This document shows positions 45,826 through 56,200 of a stretch of 64,000 nucleotides of DNA, piece by piece; position 1 is the stretch's first letter; every line of letters begins with the position of its first letter. The position numbers were made by a program, and so were the translations under genes. This stretch comes from Bacillota bacterium (lineage in GTDB: Bacteria; Bacillota; Clostridia; Saccharofermentanales; Saccharofermentanaceae), in assembly GCA_036782995.1 (NCBI GenBank), contig DAIPXZ010000001.1, positions 1 through 64,000 of the forward strand. The letters run 5' to 3'. The notes under the pieces are model-generated. The model did not search any database. It saw nothing but the letters and a program-made list of their open reading frames with translations, and was not told the origin of the DNA.

Positions 45826-47289
45826 TTAATCCATTACGGAATCAATGGCTTTTTTTATCTTCTTTATCTGTCTGCGGCCGAAAAACTTCATGTAATTGTA
45901 CGCTTTTCGTGTCCTGCCCTTCACATCGTTACGGAGCTCCGCCCCTTTAGAACGTAAATTAAGAACGTCGATGGCATCGAAAATATCTTCCGTCTCCGGT
46001 GAAATAAAGGCGTTATCCGATTCCGGACGACGCATGACCAATTTCGTGTAGCGTAATTTTCGTGGCTTAGGAATCTGACGCAAAGTGACTTTTCTCGATT
46101 CTTTTTCCAGAATATACCGGTCAATTGCACTCTTGTATGCATCTTCAACGCGCGATGCAAAGGTTTCCGACGAGAATGTTGCAACCGATTCCTTAGCATG
46201 TTCGCGATATCGCTTCAATGCATCTTCGTCGCTGAATAATTCTTCCATAATGGATGGAATGTCAGCTTCGTCGTCGAATAATCGCGAATTCTCTCCGTCA
46301 TGGAAAAGGACGTTTCCTGCGTCGTCGCGGCGAGCAACTACAGGTAGTCCCGCTGCCATTGCTTCATAATATGTGAGCCCCTGAGTCTCTGATGTGGAGC
46401 AAGAGATAAAAACATCTCCGAGCTGATAGTACTTACCTATCTCGGAATAAGGCGCCGAGCCCGCGAAAATGACATACGGAGTCGCATGCACGCTTGCAGC
46501 CAATTCTTTCAGTTCTTGAAGAGCCGGGCCATCACCAATGATGAGGAGGCGAGCTTCCGGAATCTTCTCCACAACAAACGGCATCTCTTCGACGATCATG
46601 TCTATGCTTTTCTCTTTCGCTATACGACCTAGGCTCAAGATGACCTTGTGCGAAGGTAACAGTCCATACTTACTTCGAAGAGTCGTAATCTCCGCATCTG
46701 CATACTTTTCACGTCGGAATGGCGAAAGATCTATTCCTGAAGGAATGACAAAAATCGGCTTCTGAACGCCATACGATTCGAGTGAATTCTTGACCTTTTC
46801 AGTCGGTACAATCAGCGCCGTAGGCAAATTACAGAATCGGCGGCTATACCACTCCGCCATTTCCGGTGTAATAATCTTCGTTACCTTGCCATTAAGAATG
46901 TAATGCGTATAATCAGCAAGCATCGTGTGATAGGTGTGAATAATCGGGAGATGCAATGTCGTCGCCGAAGAAAGTCCGACGAAGCCCATGGAAAACTCCG
47001 TCTGCGTGTGAATAATATCAATTCTCAATCGCTTTAATATCTGCATTAAACGTACCGAATATGGCATTGTCGTTCGATAAGGGCGAACCAATACCATCGG
47101 AATTGACGGAATGCGATAGACTGCCGGATTCTTGTTAACTTTCCGAATCGCGGTAGAAGATTTTTCCGATGTTGCAAAAATATAGACGCGGTGACCGCGT
47201 TTTTGCAAGGCCATCGCCAAAGTGTAAATCGATGATGTGACACCATTAATATCGGGGAAATAAGTATCTGTGATGATTGCGATATTCAT
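45826..47289 (-). CDS. family-4 glycosyltransferase (diacylglycerol glycosyltransferase-like) with a basic C-terminal extension
   Basis: MNIAIITDTYFPDINGVTSS... and the GT4 E-x7-E region (STSETQGLTYYEAMAAGLPVV). Confidence 0.8.
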   Translation of the reverse strand: MNIAIITDTYFPDINGVTSSIYTLAMALQKRGHRVYIFATSEKSSTAIRKVNKNPAVYRIPSIPMVLVRPYRTTMPYSVRLMQILKRLRIDIIHTQTEFSMGFVGLSSATTLHLPIIHTYHTMLADYTHYILNGKVTKIITPEMAEWYSRRFCNLPTALIVPTEKVKNSLESYGVQKPIFVIPSGIDLSPFRREKYADAEITTLRSKYGLLPSHKVILSLGRIAKEKSIDMIVEEMPFVVEKIPEARLLIIGDGPALQELKELAASVHATPYVIFAGSAPYSEIGKYYQLGDVFISCSTSETQGLTYYEAMAAGLPVVARRDDAGNVLFHDGENSRLFDDEADIPSIMEELFSDEDALKRYREHAKESVATFSSETFASRVEDAYKSAIDRYILEKESRKVTLRQIPKPRKLRYTKLVMRRPESDNAFISPETEDIFDAIDVLNLRSKGAELRNDVKGRTRKAYNYMKFFGRRQIKKIKKAIDSVMD

Positions 47290-47524
47290 TCGCTAAACCT
47301 CCTTCAATTCATCCCCTTTCCAAGCTTCCTGTATTATACCATGATGCTCCAATAAAAAGTGATTATCCTGTCACTTTGTTATTCTTGCCTATGATTGTAT
47401 GGCAAATAAAAGAACGACTTAAATCTGATAGAAAAGACAGTTTTCTGCTATTCGCTATTTTTATCATTTGTTATACTGCTTGTATAAGATACAATCTATT
47501 TCTCATTGTTAGGAGGATAAGCGA

Positions 47525-48889
47525 ATGCCTTTTTCAAAGAATTTTATGTGGGGCGTTGCCTCTGCCGCATTTCAGCTCGAGGGAGCCTGGAATGAAGATG
47601 GTAAGGGGGCTTCGATCTGGGACACCTATCCACATGGCTATGACAACGTCGTAAAGTATAACGAGACAGCCGATGTCGCATGTGACCACTATCATCACAT
47701 GAAAGAAGATGTCGCCTTGTTGAAAGAAATGGGCGTGAAGAATTATCGATTCTCCATTTCCTGGCCGAGAATTTTGCCAAACGGCACAGGCGAGGTGAAT
47801 CCGAAGGGAATCGCATTCTACTCCGACTTAATTGACGAATTACTGAAAAACGACATTCAGCCGCTTGTTACGATTTTTCATTGGGATTTTCCACAAGCAC
47901 TTTACGATCGCGGTGGCTGGCTGAATCCCGATGTCGCAGAATGGTTTTCCGAATACACACGTGTTCTGGTTGATGCATTTTCCGATCGAGTCACTTATTG
48001 GATGACGATTAACGAACCGCAAATATTTGTCGGATCGGGTTACAAGATGGGGATGCATGCCCCATTCCTAAAGCTTCACGATCGAGATGTCGGAATCATT
48101 TCCAAAAACGTTTTGTTGGCACACGGTCGAGCTGTCCAAACGATTCGCGCATTTGCAAAGAAGAAACCGATGGTTTCTTTCGCGATAACCGGTCCGACAT
48201 TCGAACCGCTTTCCAATTCTCCCGAAGATATCGAGAGTGCACGCGAAATGTCTTTTGCGCTTCGTAAAGAGAATTACACTTTATCGAATTCATGGTGGGC
48301 CGATCCGATGATCCTCGGACATTTCCCACAGCAAGCATATGATGAGCTCGGCGATGCTATGCCGGTCATCTCCGCCGACGAATGGAAGATAATTACGGCT
48401 CCATTGGATTTTTACGGCACAAATATCTATAACCGCATCCCCCGTTTCGATAATGCCGGTTTTCATAACAAAGGCTTCGAGGGATTTGCGCGCACGGCAA
48501 ACCGTTGGGAAGTCACCCCGGATGTTCTCTATTGGTCGCCGAAGTTCCTTTATGAGCGCTATCACCTACCGATAATGATTACTGAGAACGGAATGGCAAA
48601 TTGCGATTGGGTACACTTGGACGGTACGGTCCCGGATGATGCAAGAATCGATTATACCACTCGTTATCTTCGTTCCTTTCATCGTGCTGAAGAAGAGGGA
48701 ATTCCACTTGTCGGATATATGCACTGGTCCTTTATGGATAATTTTGAATGGGCAGAGGGATACGATATGCGTTTCGGTCTTGTCCATGTTGATTATCAAA
48801 CACAAAAGCGCACGCTGAAAAAATCTGCCTATTGGTATAAGGATGTCATGGCGACGAACGGCGATCGTGCATTACTACATGATAACTAA
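47525..48889 (+). CDS. GH1 beta-glucosidase / 6-phospho-beta-glucosidase
   Basis: FMWGVASAAFQLEGAWNEDGKG, the acid/base region TINEPQ, and the nucleophile in ITENGMA. Confidence 0.9.
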   Translation: MPFSKNFMWGVASAAFQLEGAWNEDGKGASIWDTYPHGYDNVVKYNETADVACDHYHHMKEDVALLKEMGVKNYRFSISWPRILPNGTGEVNPKGIAFYSDLIDELLKNDIQPLVTIFHWDFPQALYDRGGWLNPDVAEWFSEYTRVLVDAFSDRVTYWMTINEPQIFVGSGYKMGMHAPFLKLHDRDVGIISKNVLLAHGRAVQTIRAFAKKKPMVSFAITGPTFEPLSNSPEDIESAREMSFALRKENYTLSNSWWADPMILGHFPQQAYDELGDAMPVISADEWKIITAPLDFYGTNIYNRIPRFDNAGFHNKGFEGFARTANRWEVTPDVLYWSPKFLYERYHLPIMITENGMANCDWVHLDGTVPDDARIDYTTRYLRSFHRAEEEGIPLVGYMHWSFMDNFEWAEGYDMRFGLVHVDYQTQKRTLKKSAYWYKDVMATNGDRALLHDN

Positions 48890-48965
48890 GTTCTTCCATT
48901 CATACTGGCTATCGTTTACGTGACATTCTAGGACGATTATGTTGCCTATAATGCAGTAAATAAAG

Positions 48966-49041
48966 AGCAAAAGCATGAGAACCTTAGGTTAGCTTCTCCT
49001 CCAAGAGAATCGCCTGCTTCCTGGGTTCACGTGCTTTTGCT
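48966..49041. terminator. long imperfect inverted repeat between convergent genes (probable bidirectional terminator)
   Basis: The arms AGCAAAAGCATGAGAACC and GGTTCACGTGCTTTTGCT pair over 18 positions (1 mismatch, 1 G-U) around a 40-nt interior. T-rich tracts follow on both strands. Confidence 0.4.
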
Positions 49042-49067
49042 TTATTCTTTGCTTTTTTATGTAAATG

Positions 49068-50534
49068 TTACAACACCGGCTTTTCGAGTGCATTCTCCAA
49101 TGCATCGATGATGATCTCGATGGTTTTTACGCGGGCATAAAGCTTATCATTGCCTTCAATAATATGCCAGGGCGCATATTCCGTCGATGTTTTCTGTAGC
49201 ATATCATTGACGGCCTCTTCGTATGCATCCCATTTCTCGCGGTTACGCCAATCTTCGTCTGTGATCTTCCATTGCTTTTCAGGTGTTTCTTGGCGTTCGT
49301 TGAAACGAGCAAGCTGGACGTCTTTATCAATTTGAAGCCAAAATTTTATCACGATTGTGCCTTCCGATGCCAACTGATATTCAAATTCATTCATTTCACG
49401 GTAGGCGCGTTTCCATTCCTTTTGATCGCAAAAGCCTTCTATGCGTTCTACCATAACACGCCCGTACCACGTACGGTCAAAAAGTGCTATATGCCCGGTT
49501 TTCGGCATTTTCTCCCAGAAACGCCATAAATAATGGCGATTCTTTTCTGGTGGGGTCGGCGATGCAACAGGATTTACTTCATATCCGCGTGCATCGAGTG
49601 CTTGCGTCACGCGTTTTATGGCACCACCCTTCCCTGCTGCGTCCCATCCTTCAAAAAGCAAGACGACGGGGATGTGGCGGGCGTAGATGTGATTATGAAG
49701 CTCACGCAGACGTTTCTGATCCTTTTTCAGACGCTCCTCGTAGTCTTCGCGGGGTAGCGCAAGAGATAGGTCAACCTCGTGTAGAAGCGGCATAGATATC
49801 GGCTTCGGGAGTTTCGGTACATATTTTGCAACCGCTTTCTTGTCGATTCCGTTGTGCAAACGATCGGAGATGGCGTCGATTAAATAGCGAAGTGCGTAGA
49901 ATTCACTGATAAGTGGTTTTTTCGCTTCGATAACATGCCATGGAGCAAAAGGCGAATCCGTCTTTTCCATTATTTCTTGGTAAGCCGCCTTAACTTCGCA
50001 ATAGTTCTTCGCTTCCCATGCATCATGCTCTGAAACCCGCCATGCGGTTGCTTGGTCAGCGAGCAGGCGATTGAGTCTGCATTTCTGTTCATCTTCATCG
50101 ATATTCAGGAAGATTTTCACTAAAAGATATCCGTTTTCAGTCAATGACCGCTCAAATTGCTTAACAAATTCGATACGACGCTTATATGTATCTGACGTGA
50201 TGCTTCGTTCCAAATTTGAAGTAGCTAGAATTGACGGCCATCCGCTATCTAGGAACGTGAACTTTCCTTGTTCAGGAATGGTTCGAAAATAGCGATAAAG
50301 AAAGTGTCTTCTCGTTTCTTCCGGACTCGGACGATCCATAGAACAGACGCGATAAAAGCGCGGATCGATACAAGTAATTAAGCGATTAATCAATGAACCC
50401 TTGCCCGATGCGGCAAAGCCTTCCACGAGAACAAATACTGAAATCCCCGCCTTTTTGATTTCCTGTTGTAGAGTAAGGAGTTCTCCTTGCATTTCTGAAA
50501 TTTCTGCCTTCATCTGCTTTTTTTCTTCACGCAT
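49068..50534 (-). CDS. tandem-domain PPK2-family polyphosphate:nucleotide phosphotransferase
   Basis: Two PPK2 repeats, each with a P-loop-like motif (VLVEGFAASGKGS and LLFEGWDAAGKGG). Start at ATG 50534, behind AAGGAGG. It overlaps the upstream gene stop (ATGCGTGA). Confidence 0.85.
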   Translation of the reverse strand: MREEKKQMKAEISEMQGELLTLQQEIKKAGISVFVLVEGFAASGKGSLINRLITCIDPRFYRVCSMDRPSPEETRRHFLYRYFRTIPEQGKFTFLDSGWPSILATSNLERSITSDTYKRRIEFVKQFERSLTENGYLLVKIFLNIDEDEQKCRLNRLLADQATAWRVSEHDAWEAKNYCEVKAAYQEIMEKTDSPFAPWHVIEAKKPLISEFYALRYLIDAISDRLHNGIDKKAVAKYVPKLPKPISMPLLHEVDLSLALPREDYEERLKKDQKRLRELHNHIYARHIPVVLLFEGWDAAGKGGAIKRVTQALDARGYEVNPVASPTPPEKNRHYLWRFWEKMPKTGHIALFDRTWYGRVMVERIEGFCDQKEWKRAYREMNEFEYQLASEGTIVIKFWLQIDKDVQLARFNERQETPEKQWKITDEDWRNREKWDAYEEAVNDMLQKTSTEYAPWHIIEGNDKLYARVKTIEIIIDALENALEKPVL

Positions 50535-51678
50535 ACGATTGTACCTCCTTGTACTTCTCATCGACTCGATTCATTAATTCGAGTTCATCAAGGATTTCCC
50601 CTTGATATGGGTACGTATTCCTCATGCTCTCGAATTGTTCACGTATGTTTTGGGCGTCATTCGTATTATTGTCCTCGAGTAACGCCTTCGCATATTGATA
50701 GCGCAAAACGGTAGGATTTTCCTTCATCTTCTGAATGAAGTCCATTGTTGTTTTTGATAAAAAAGAGTTCCGTTCATCTTTGGGCTGTTCGGTAAGCAAT
50801 GAAAGGTAGGTTAACTCCATATCGATAAAGGCACCTATTATTCCGCTTCTTGGTATCTCCGTATGATTATGAAGCCACTTTAGTTTTTCATAAGCTTCAT
50901 CTAATCGACCATTGATGATGTAATAGCAACAACTGTTTACGTATTGCGTGGTAATTATTGCTGTCGTCATCTCTTTTTCCGTAGGAAAAAAGTAATTGGC
51001 TTCGTCTATATCTTTCATGCGAGCATCTTCAGCGTATTCCGCAAGTGTAATCATCTGTGTGTAGAATACACGAATCATCAATGGGTTACGTTTACAGGCC
51101 AAGATATTCGCTCCGTCGTTATTCAACATTTTGCCGGAAAACGGAATGCCATTTATTACGGCAGGAATCAACGCCATTGCCGCAGCAGTGATAAAAAACG
51201 CACGGCTAATCGGTGCAATCGGCAAGAGACAGAGTCCGCCAAATATACCGGCACACAACATGTTCATGAGCACTCCGCCGAGTTGATAAAGATTAATCGG
51301 ATTTTTTCCGTTCTCTTGATATAGCGGTGGTTTCATTAAGCATTGACCCGCCGTTCCGGTAAGCTTATATTTCTTGATCGCGAGCTTTCCATTCTTCTTT
51401 ATCCAAACAGTATTGTATACTCGGAAGCTTATAAAAGAATATCCGGAAATCAAGCCCGCAAACAAGTGTCCTAGTTCATGGAGAACAAGTTGAATATTAT
51501 ACAAAACAATGCTGACCATACAAAAGACAAGCGTAACCAAGAAACCATGTGTTCCAATAGAATTCGGATATGCCCCCTTTATGATCGCATTGATTATCAT
51601 CATCGAGCCAAAGTAGATGATTACCAATATTGTGCATATAAGAAAACAATTCACTGCATTGATTTTCTTTGATTCCAT
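50527..51678 (-). CDS. M50/site-2-protease-like polytopic membrane protein with a helical soluble C-terminal domain
   Basis: HELGH at aa 67-71 sits at the end of a TM helix, and a later NNDGANIL resembles the second M50 motif. It has 4-5 TM helices and then ~170 aa of helical, TPR-like sequence. Confidence 0.55.
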   Translation of the reverse strand: MESKKINAVNCFLICTILVIIYFGSMMIINAIIKGAYPNSIGTHGFLVTLVFCMVSIVLYNIQLVLHELGHLFAGLISGYSFISFRVYNTVWIKKNGKLAIKKYKLTGTAGQCLMKPPLYQENGKNPINLYQLGGVLMNMLCAGIFGGLCLLPIAPISRAFFITAAAMALIPAVINGIPFSGKMLNNDGANILACKRNPLMIRVFYTQMITLAEYAEDARMKDIDEANYFFPTEKEMTTAIITTQYVNSCCYYIINGRLDEAYEKLKWLHNHTEIPRSGIIGAFIDMELTYLSLLTEQPKDERNSFLSKTTMDFIQKMKENPTVLRYQYAKALLEDNNTNDAQNIREQFESMRNTYPYQGEILDELELMNRVDEKYKEVQSYA

Positions 51679-51714
51679 AAATACTCCTTATTGCACAAGT
51701 CTCGAACTTGTAGC

Positions 51715-53187
51715 TTATTCGGAAGACGCATCGGAGGTCGTTTTTTTGAACGGGGAGGGTCCTTCACTGTCAAATTCGGGAATATCCTCCAATCCGATTT
51801 CCAACGCAACGTCCATCGCCGATTTTGCCGGAGCTTTAGGGATATTGCTTCCAAGACTACGATCCGTTGCCGGGAAGAAGCCGGAGCCTCTTCCGAGCTG
51901 TTGACTACGTGCTTGATCAATGGATAGATAGATTTCCGAATGCTTTTCGGGGAGAGGTACAGGGGCACTCGGAATGTTGACTTGCCTTTCCAAGGCAAAT
52001 TTATCACTGTCAACACCATGATACGCTTCTTCAACATTTTTTTGATTTACAACAACCTTGGCTGGCGCAACACGTACATTTCTTTCCATGCGAATCAGAA
52101 CCTTGTCCACAGCATTTTCATTCATCGCTATATCGATTAATGCAGACGAGTTCGGAATGTCGAGGTATGCACGGCATTCCGAAGGACGATAGATGGGGCG
52201 TGAAGACGCAATCCTTCCGTTAACCGCATTCATCAGCCAATGGAATGGCTTTCCCTTCACAGTAGTTTTTATCTGCCAATAAGGGAAGTAGGTTAAGATG
52301 CCAAGGCTTTCCTCGTATTTCGACTGGTCGACATAGGACACAACCGCCGATTCTTTTTCTTCCTCACTAACCCAGATGCCGCGCACCCACAGCTTGATAT
52401 GGGCAATTAAATCATCCATGATTTCCTGACCCGACCGGTTAGGCATGACGAAAATAGCGTTATTCTTATCGACCGAATCAAAGTCTTTGCTCATCGAAAA
52501 GGAATATGGGCCAATATCATCAAACGAATCGTTACTGATATAGTCCGAAGCAGGGATTGGGATGTCGTTAAAGCGGAATTGTCCTCCGACATTTCGATCG
52601 ACATAATAACCATCTGTCGAAGACATCGGACGCATAATAGCCGTGTTCTCGACTCTCTTTTGGTTATCATTTTTGTACGTTGTAGGTACTTTTTCAGCCA
52701 AATTCTTGGTGACAATCGCACTGGTAAATGCTTCATAATCAAAGATATAAACAGGCAAGTACGTTTTCACCATCATTTCAGCGAGCTTGGTGTATTTTCC
52801 GGAAAGAAAGAACTTTTCCTTCATGGATTTTTCAAAAGCTTCCTTCGCTTCGTTCGCATCGACGTAAAATGGTACGATTTGTTGAGCCTTGGGAAAAGGG
52901 TGTTGTTTATTGTCGACCTTCGGCACTCTTTCTTTTCCGCAAACAATACAGGTCGAACGGGCGGAAGATAAATCCGTTTCCGAAAACATTATCGTCTTAC
53001 ATTGAGGACACTCATAAGAATAATAATCTCGCAACGCGCTGTATTCCGGGAAATAAAAACCACCGTCTACCTTTTCCACTTGATTCTCTGGCAAAAGCGG
53101 CGTATGACAAAACACGCATTCGTATTTATCGTGCGTGTTTGTAATAACATTAGCATGACATTTGGGGCATGCAAACGCAATATCCAT
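51715..53187 (-). CDS. double zinc-ribbon protein, uncharacterised family (short paralog, 490 aa)
   Basis: MDIAFACPKC...KYECVFCHT is the first 4-Cys ribbon and YECPQC...CIVCG the second. It shares blocks with the upstream gene. AGGAG SD. No TM or signal peptide. Confidence 0.7.
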   Translation of the reverse strand: MDIAFACPKCHANVITNTHDKYECVFCHTPLLPENQVEKVDGGFYFPEYSALRDYYSYECPQCKTIMFSETDLSSARSTCIVCGKERVPKVDNKQHPFPKAQQIVPFYVDANEAKEAFEKSMKEKFFLSGKYTKLAEMMVKTYLPVYIFDYEAFTSAIVTKNLAEKVPTTYKNDNQKRVENTAIMRPMSSTDGYYVDRNVGGQFRFNDIPIPASDYISNDSFDDIGPYSFSMSKDFDSVDKNNAIFVMPNRSGQEIMDDLIAHIKLWVRGIWVSEEEKESAVVSYVDQSKYEESLGILTYFPYWQIKTTVKGKPFHWLMNAVNGRIASSRPIYRPSECRAYLDIPNSSALIDIAMNENAVDKVLIRMERNVRVAPAKVVVNQKNVEEAYHGVDSDKFALERQVNIPSAPVPLPEKHSEIYLSIDQARSQQLGRGSGFFPATDRSLGSNIPKAPAKSAMDVALEIGLEDIPEFDSEGPSPFKKTTSDASSE

Positions 53188-53256
53188 AACAATTCACTCC
53201 TATCATTCAGACGGTAAGGATGAAAAGTCTTCGTTTGAGAATGCTCGAAAGAATGA

Positions 53257-56200
53257 TTATCTTTCCCGTCTTATCGGTTTCTTGGCAAATGGGCTTGGTC
53301 CATTCGGATCAAACTTCGGAATATCGCTTAACGAACGACGAGCCGCCGCTTCCTCTTCAACGATTCCTTTGCGAATTGGATCCATTCCGCCATATGCTAG
53401 CGATGGGATCGGTCGTTCGCCGCCGTATCTTGGTAATCCTTCATCCTCAGGCGGTCGTGTACCCGTGGCGACCGGTTGTGCTGTTTCTTGCAAAGTTGTT
53501 CCTGTCGGATGTTCTGTCAAATTGCTCTCTTCTACTGTTCTGCTACCAGGACGCAGCATCACCGCAGCCATGTTTGTATTCTCCACATTGATGGTCGATT
53601 CTTTTACCGAAAATGCCGGCAGAACTTCTTCGTCCTGTTCGCGATTGCTTTCTTCGACGTCAGCCGTATGAATGGTCATCGGTACCGAGCGTGTATACTC
53701 AACCGGTTCTTCAACGGGCTGTTCCGCCTTTGGAGCAAATACGGGCGCATCCTCACTTGATGCTTTGAAAGCCGCTTGGACATTGGCCTGACGTGCCGCT
53801 TCTTCTAATGCGCGTCTCTCGCGATATGTGCGTGGACGATCGCTCGAGAATGTAATTGGAGAAGATTCATCCTCGGTGCCACGAACAGAAGTATTTACTG
53901 TTTCATCGAGCGTCGTATTCGGACGTAATGCTGAACCCGGACGTGTTGCGGCCGGTTCATTTGCGGAGGACGAAGAAGTCGATGGCTGTTTATCTTCGTC
54001 AATCGTTAACTCTTCCTTCTGATGTAATGGCATTTCTCCACCGCGGCTTGTTGCTGAATGATCGGCAGCAGCAAGAACACTATTGTTTCTCGGTTTTTCA
54101 ACATTAATTACGATATCTTGTGGCTTTGCAAAACGAGGTTTCGTATCTTCTGGTTCAGGCAATCCCGTTGATGGTGATGCCCATGTCGGAATCGGTCGAT
54201 CACTACGAATTGAACGCTCCCAAATCGGTACGGACTTCGAAGAATTCTCTTCTTGGCTTCTATGTCCACGCATGGCAGGACCACTAGTTGCTTGTGCCGC
54301 CGTCGTTGACGCTTGCGTTTCTTCCTGTGATACGCTTCTGCGCGATGCAAAAGGAGAAATCGAATCTTCCGGTCTTCCCCATGTCGGAGGCGGCGTAATT
54401 GCAGATGAAAGAGGACTACGGCTTACGGAAGACGTATCCGTTTTTGGAGTCGAAGGTGCATTGGTTGCTACCGTCGGACGGCTCGTCGTGGAATCACTAC
54501 GCGTTGACGTTCCAGGACGAGAAGCTGCCCCCGGTCGCGTCGCAGCAACGGATTCACGTGATGTCGTCGGTTCTGATGCCGAAGTCGCTTGCACTGGAGC
54601 TTTATGTTGTAATGTCGAATCTTGTGATGCCGGCACAGACATATTCGGGCGTGGCGGACGCTTTATCTGTCCGTTTTGACCAACAGTTGTAGCGGACGCA
54701 CTTGTTTTTTTTGCCCAGTCGGGTGTCTCTCCCGCTGGCATTTCACCCCAAATTGGTTTGCGTGGCATATGAATTGAATCATCTTCTGATGGTGTTGAAA
54801 CAGAACGAGCCATTTGCGCAAGCGGAGATGGTTCACGCGGAGCAAGAGGCTTCGAAACAGGCTTCGGTGTTGGCAAGACATCTTCGTCTTTCTCAACCAT
54901 AGGAAGTGGCATGTGCTTTTCTTCTTCGATAATCGGAGCCTTCTTCTCCATGAAAGAAAGAGAAAGGTGTTGCTCTTCCTTTTCAAACGTATCAGCGCCG
55001 ACAGGTGTCACTTCTTCCTTCATCGGGAGTGGTTGTGATGTTGTTTTCGGTGTCGTGGCTTTCTTGGCCTGCAAAACGATATCATCCGCTTTCTCAACCG
55101 CCGATTTAGTCTTACGTGACTTATCGGGTACGATATCATCCGCAGATTCAACGATGCCCTTCTTGGTAGTCGACTTTAATGAATCATCGGTATCATTGTC
55201 TGCACGTGATACAGTAGTCGTCGCGTTTTTCTCTTCCGTACTCGGTTGTTCCATCGCGGCTTCACGACGCTTCAGCTCTCTAAGTGCGCTGAGTGGCAAG
55301 GAATTGATTGTCTCGGCATCCAAATCAGCAAGAGTCAAGCCATCCAGATTCATCAATGGAGATGCTATTTGCGTAGACTGTACATCCGACATATTCGAAA
55401 TATATGCGGACTCCCACGCTGGATGGTTTTGTTCCATAGTCTTCGACGAGGAAAGAGTCGATGCCGGAGCTTGAACGGCTTCGATTGGTTGCTCTTCTTC
55501 ACCATTCACCTTCGCCTTCATGCTGGATACTTTCTTTTCCGGAACATGTGCACCAAATGCGTTCACGCTTGCGTCTTGCGGGCGATCCCATACCGGTACC
55601 TGTGTTTCTTTTTTCTCGATGGCAGGCTTCTTTGTTCGAACGGTACGATTGCTGTTTGGAACAGCGACCTCCGTCGGCTTCGAGTTCTTCGCCCACGCCG
55701 GTGCTTCCACTGCAGCTTTCATCTCGCCCGGATTTTCCTTGGCTGCTGCTTTAATGGCAGCTGGTCGAGTAATCGGTTCCAGTTTCTTTTTCTGAGGCAT
55801 CTTCGTTAAATCGCTAATATTGGTCACAATCGGAATATCAAGAAGTGGCGCACCCTCTGGGCGATTTGCCGCTTCAGCACGACGTTTTTCCATTGCCTCA
55901 GCGCGTTTCTTCGCCTCTTCATCTGCCTTAATGTCTGCCTCCGTTGCGGTGTGAACCATCAACTGCGCATCAAAATCATCCGGCTTCTTTGGTTTTCTTG
56001 TTTTCGGCTTCTCAAAGAAGGAGTAATCAAGAATTTCGTGCGCTGGATTATATAGATCGAACTCAAAGTGTGTGTCCTTCAATGCCGTACAGCGGTCCAT
56101 ATTGGCATATTCGTGATATCCGGTCTTGTCATTTTGTGATGCGACCTTCGCCATCGGAATATTTGCCTCGACGACACCGTTTTGAGCATTCATGGCATAG

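Noticed and set aside
53162-55809. Numerous plus-strand ORFs (up to 198 aa) antisense to the long zinc-ribbon protein
   Set aside because: They are by-products of the low-complexity, stop-poor coding sequence on the minus strand. They overlap each other in several frames and lack SD sequences.
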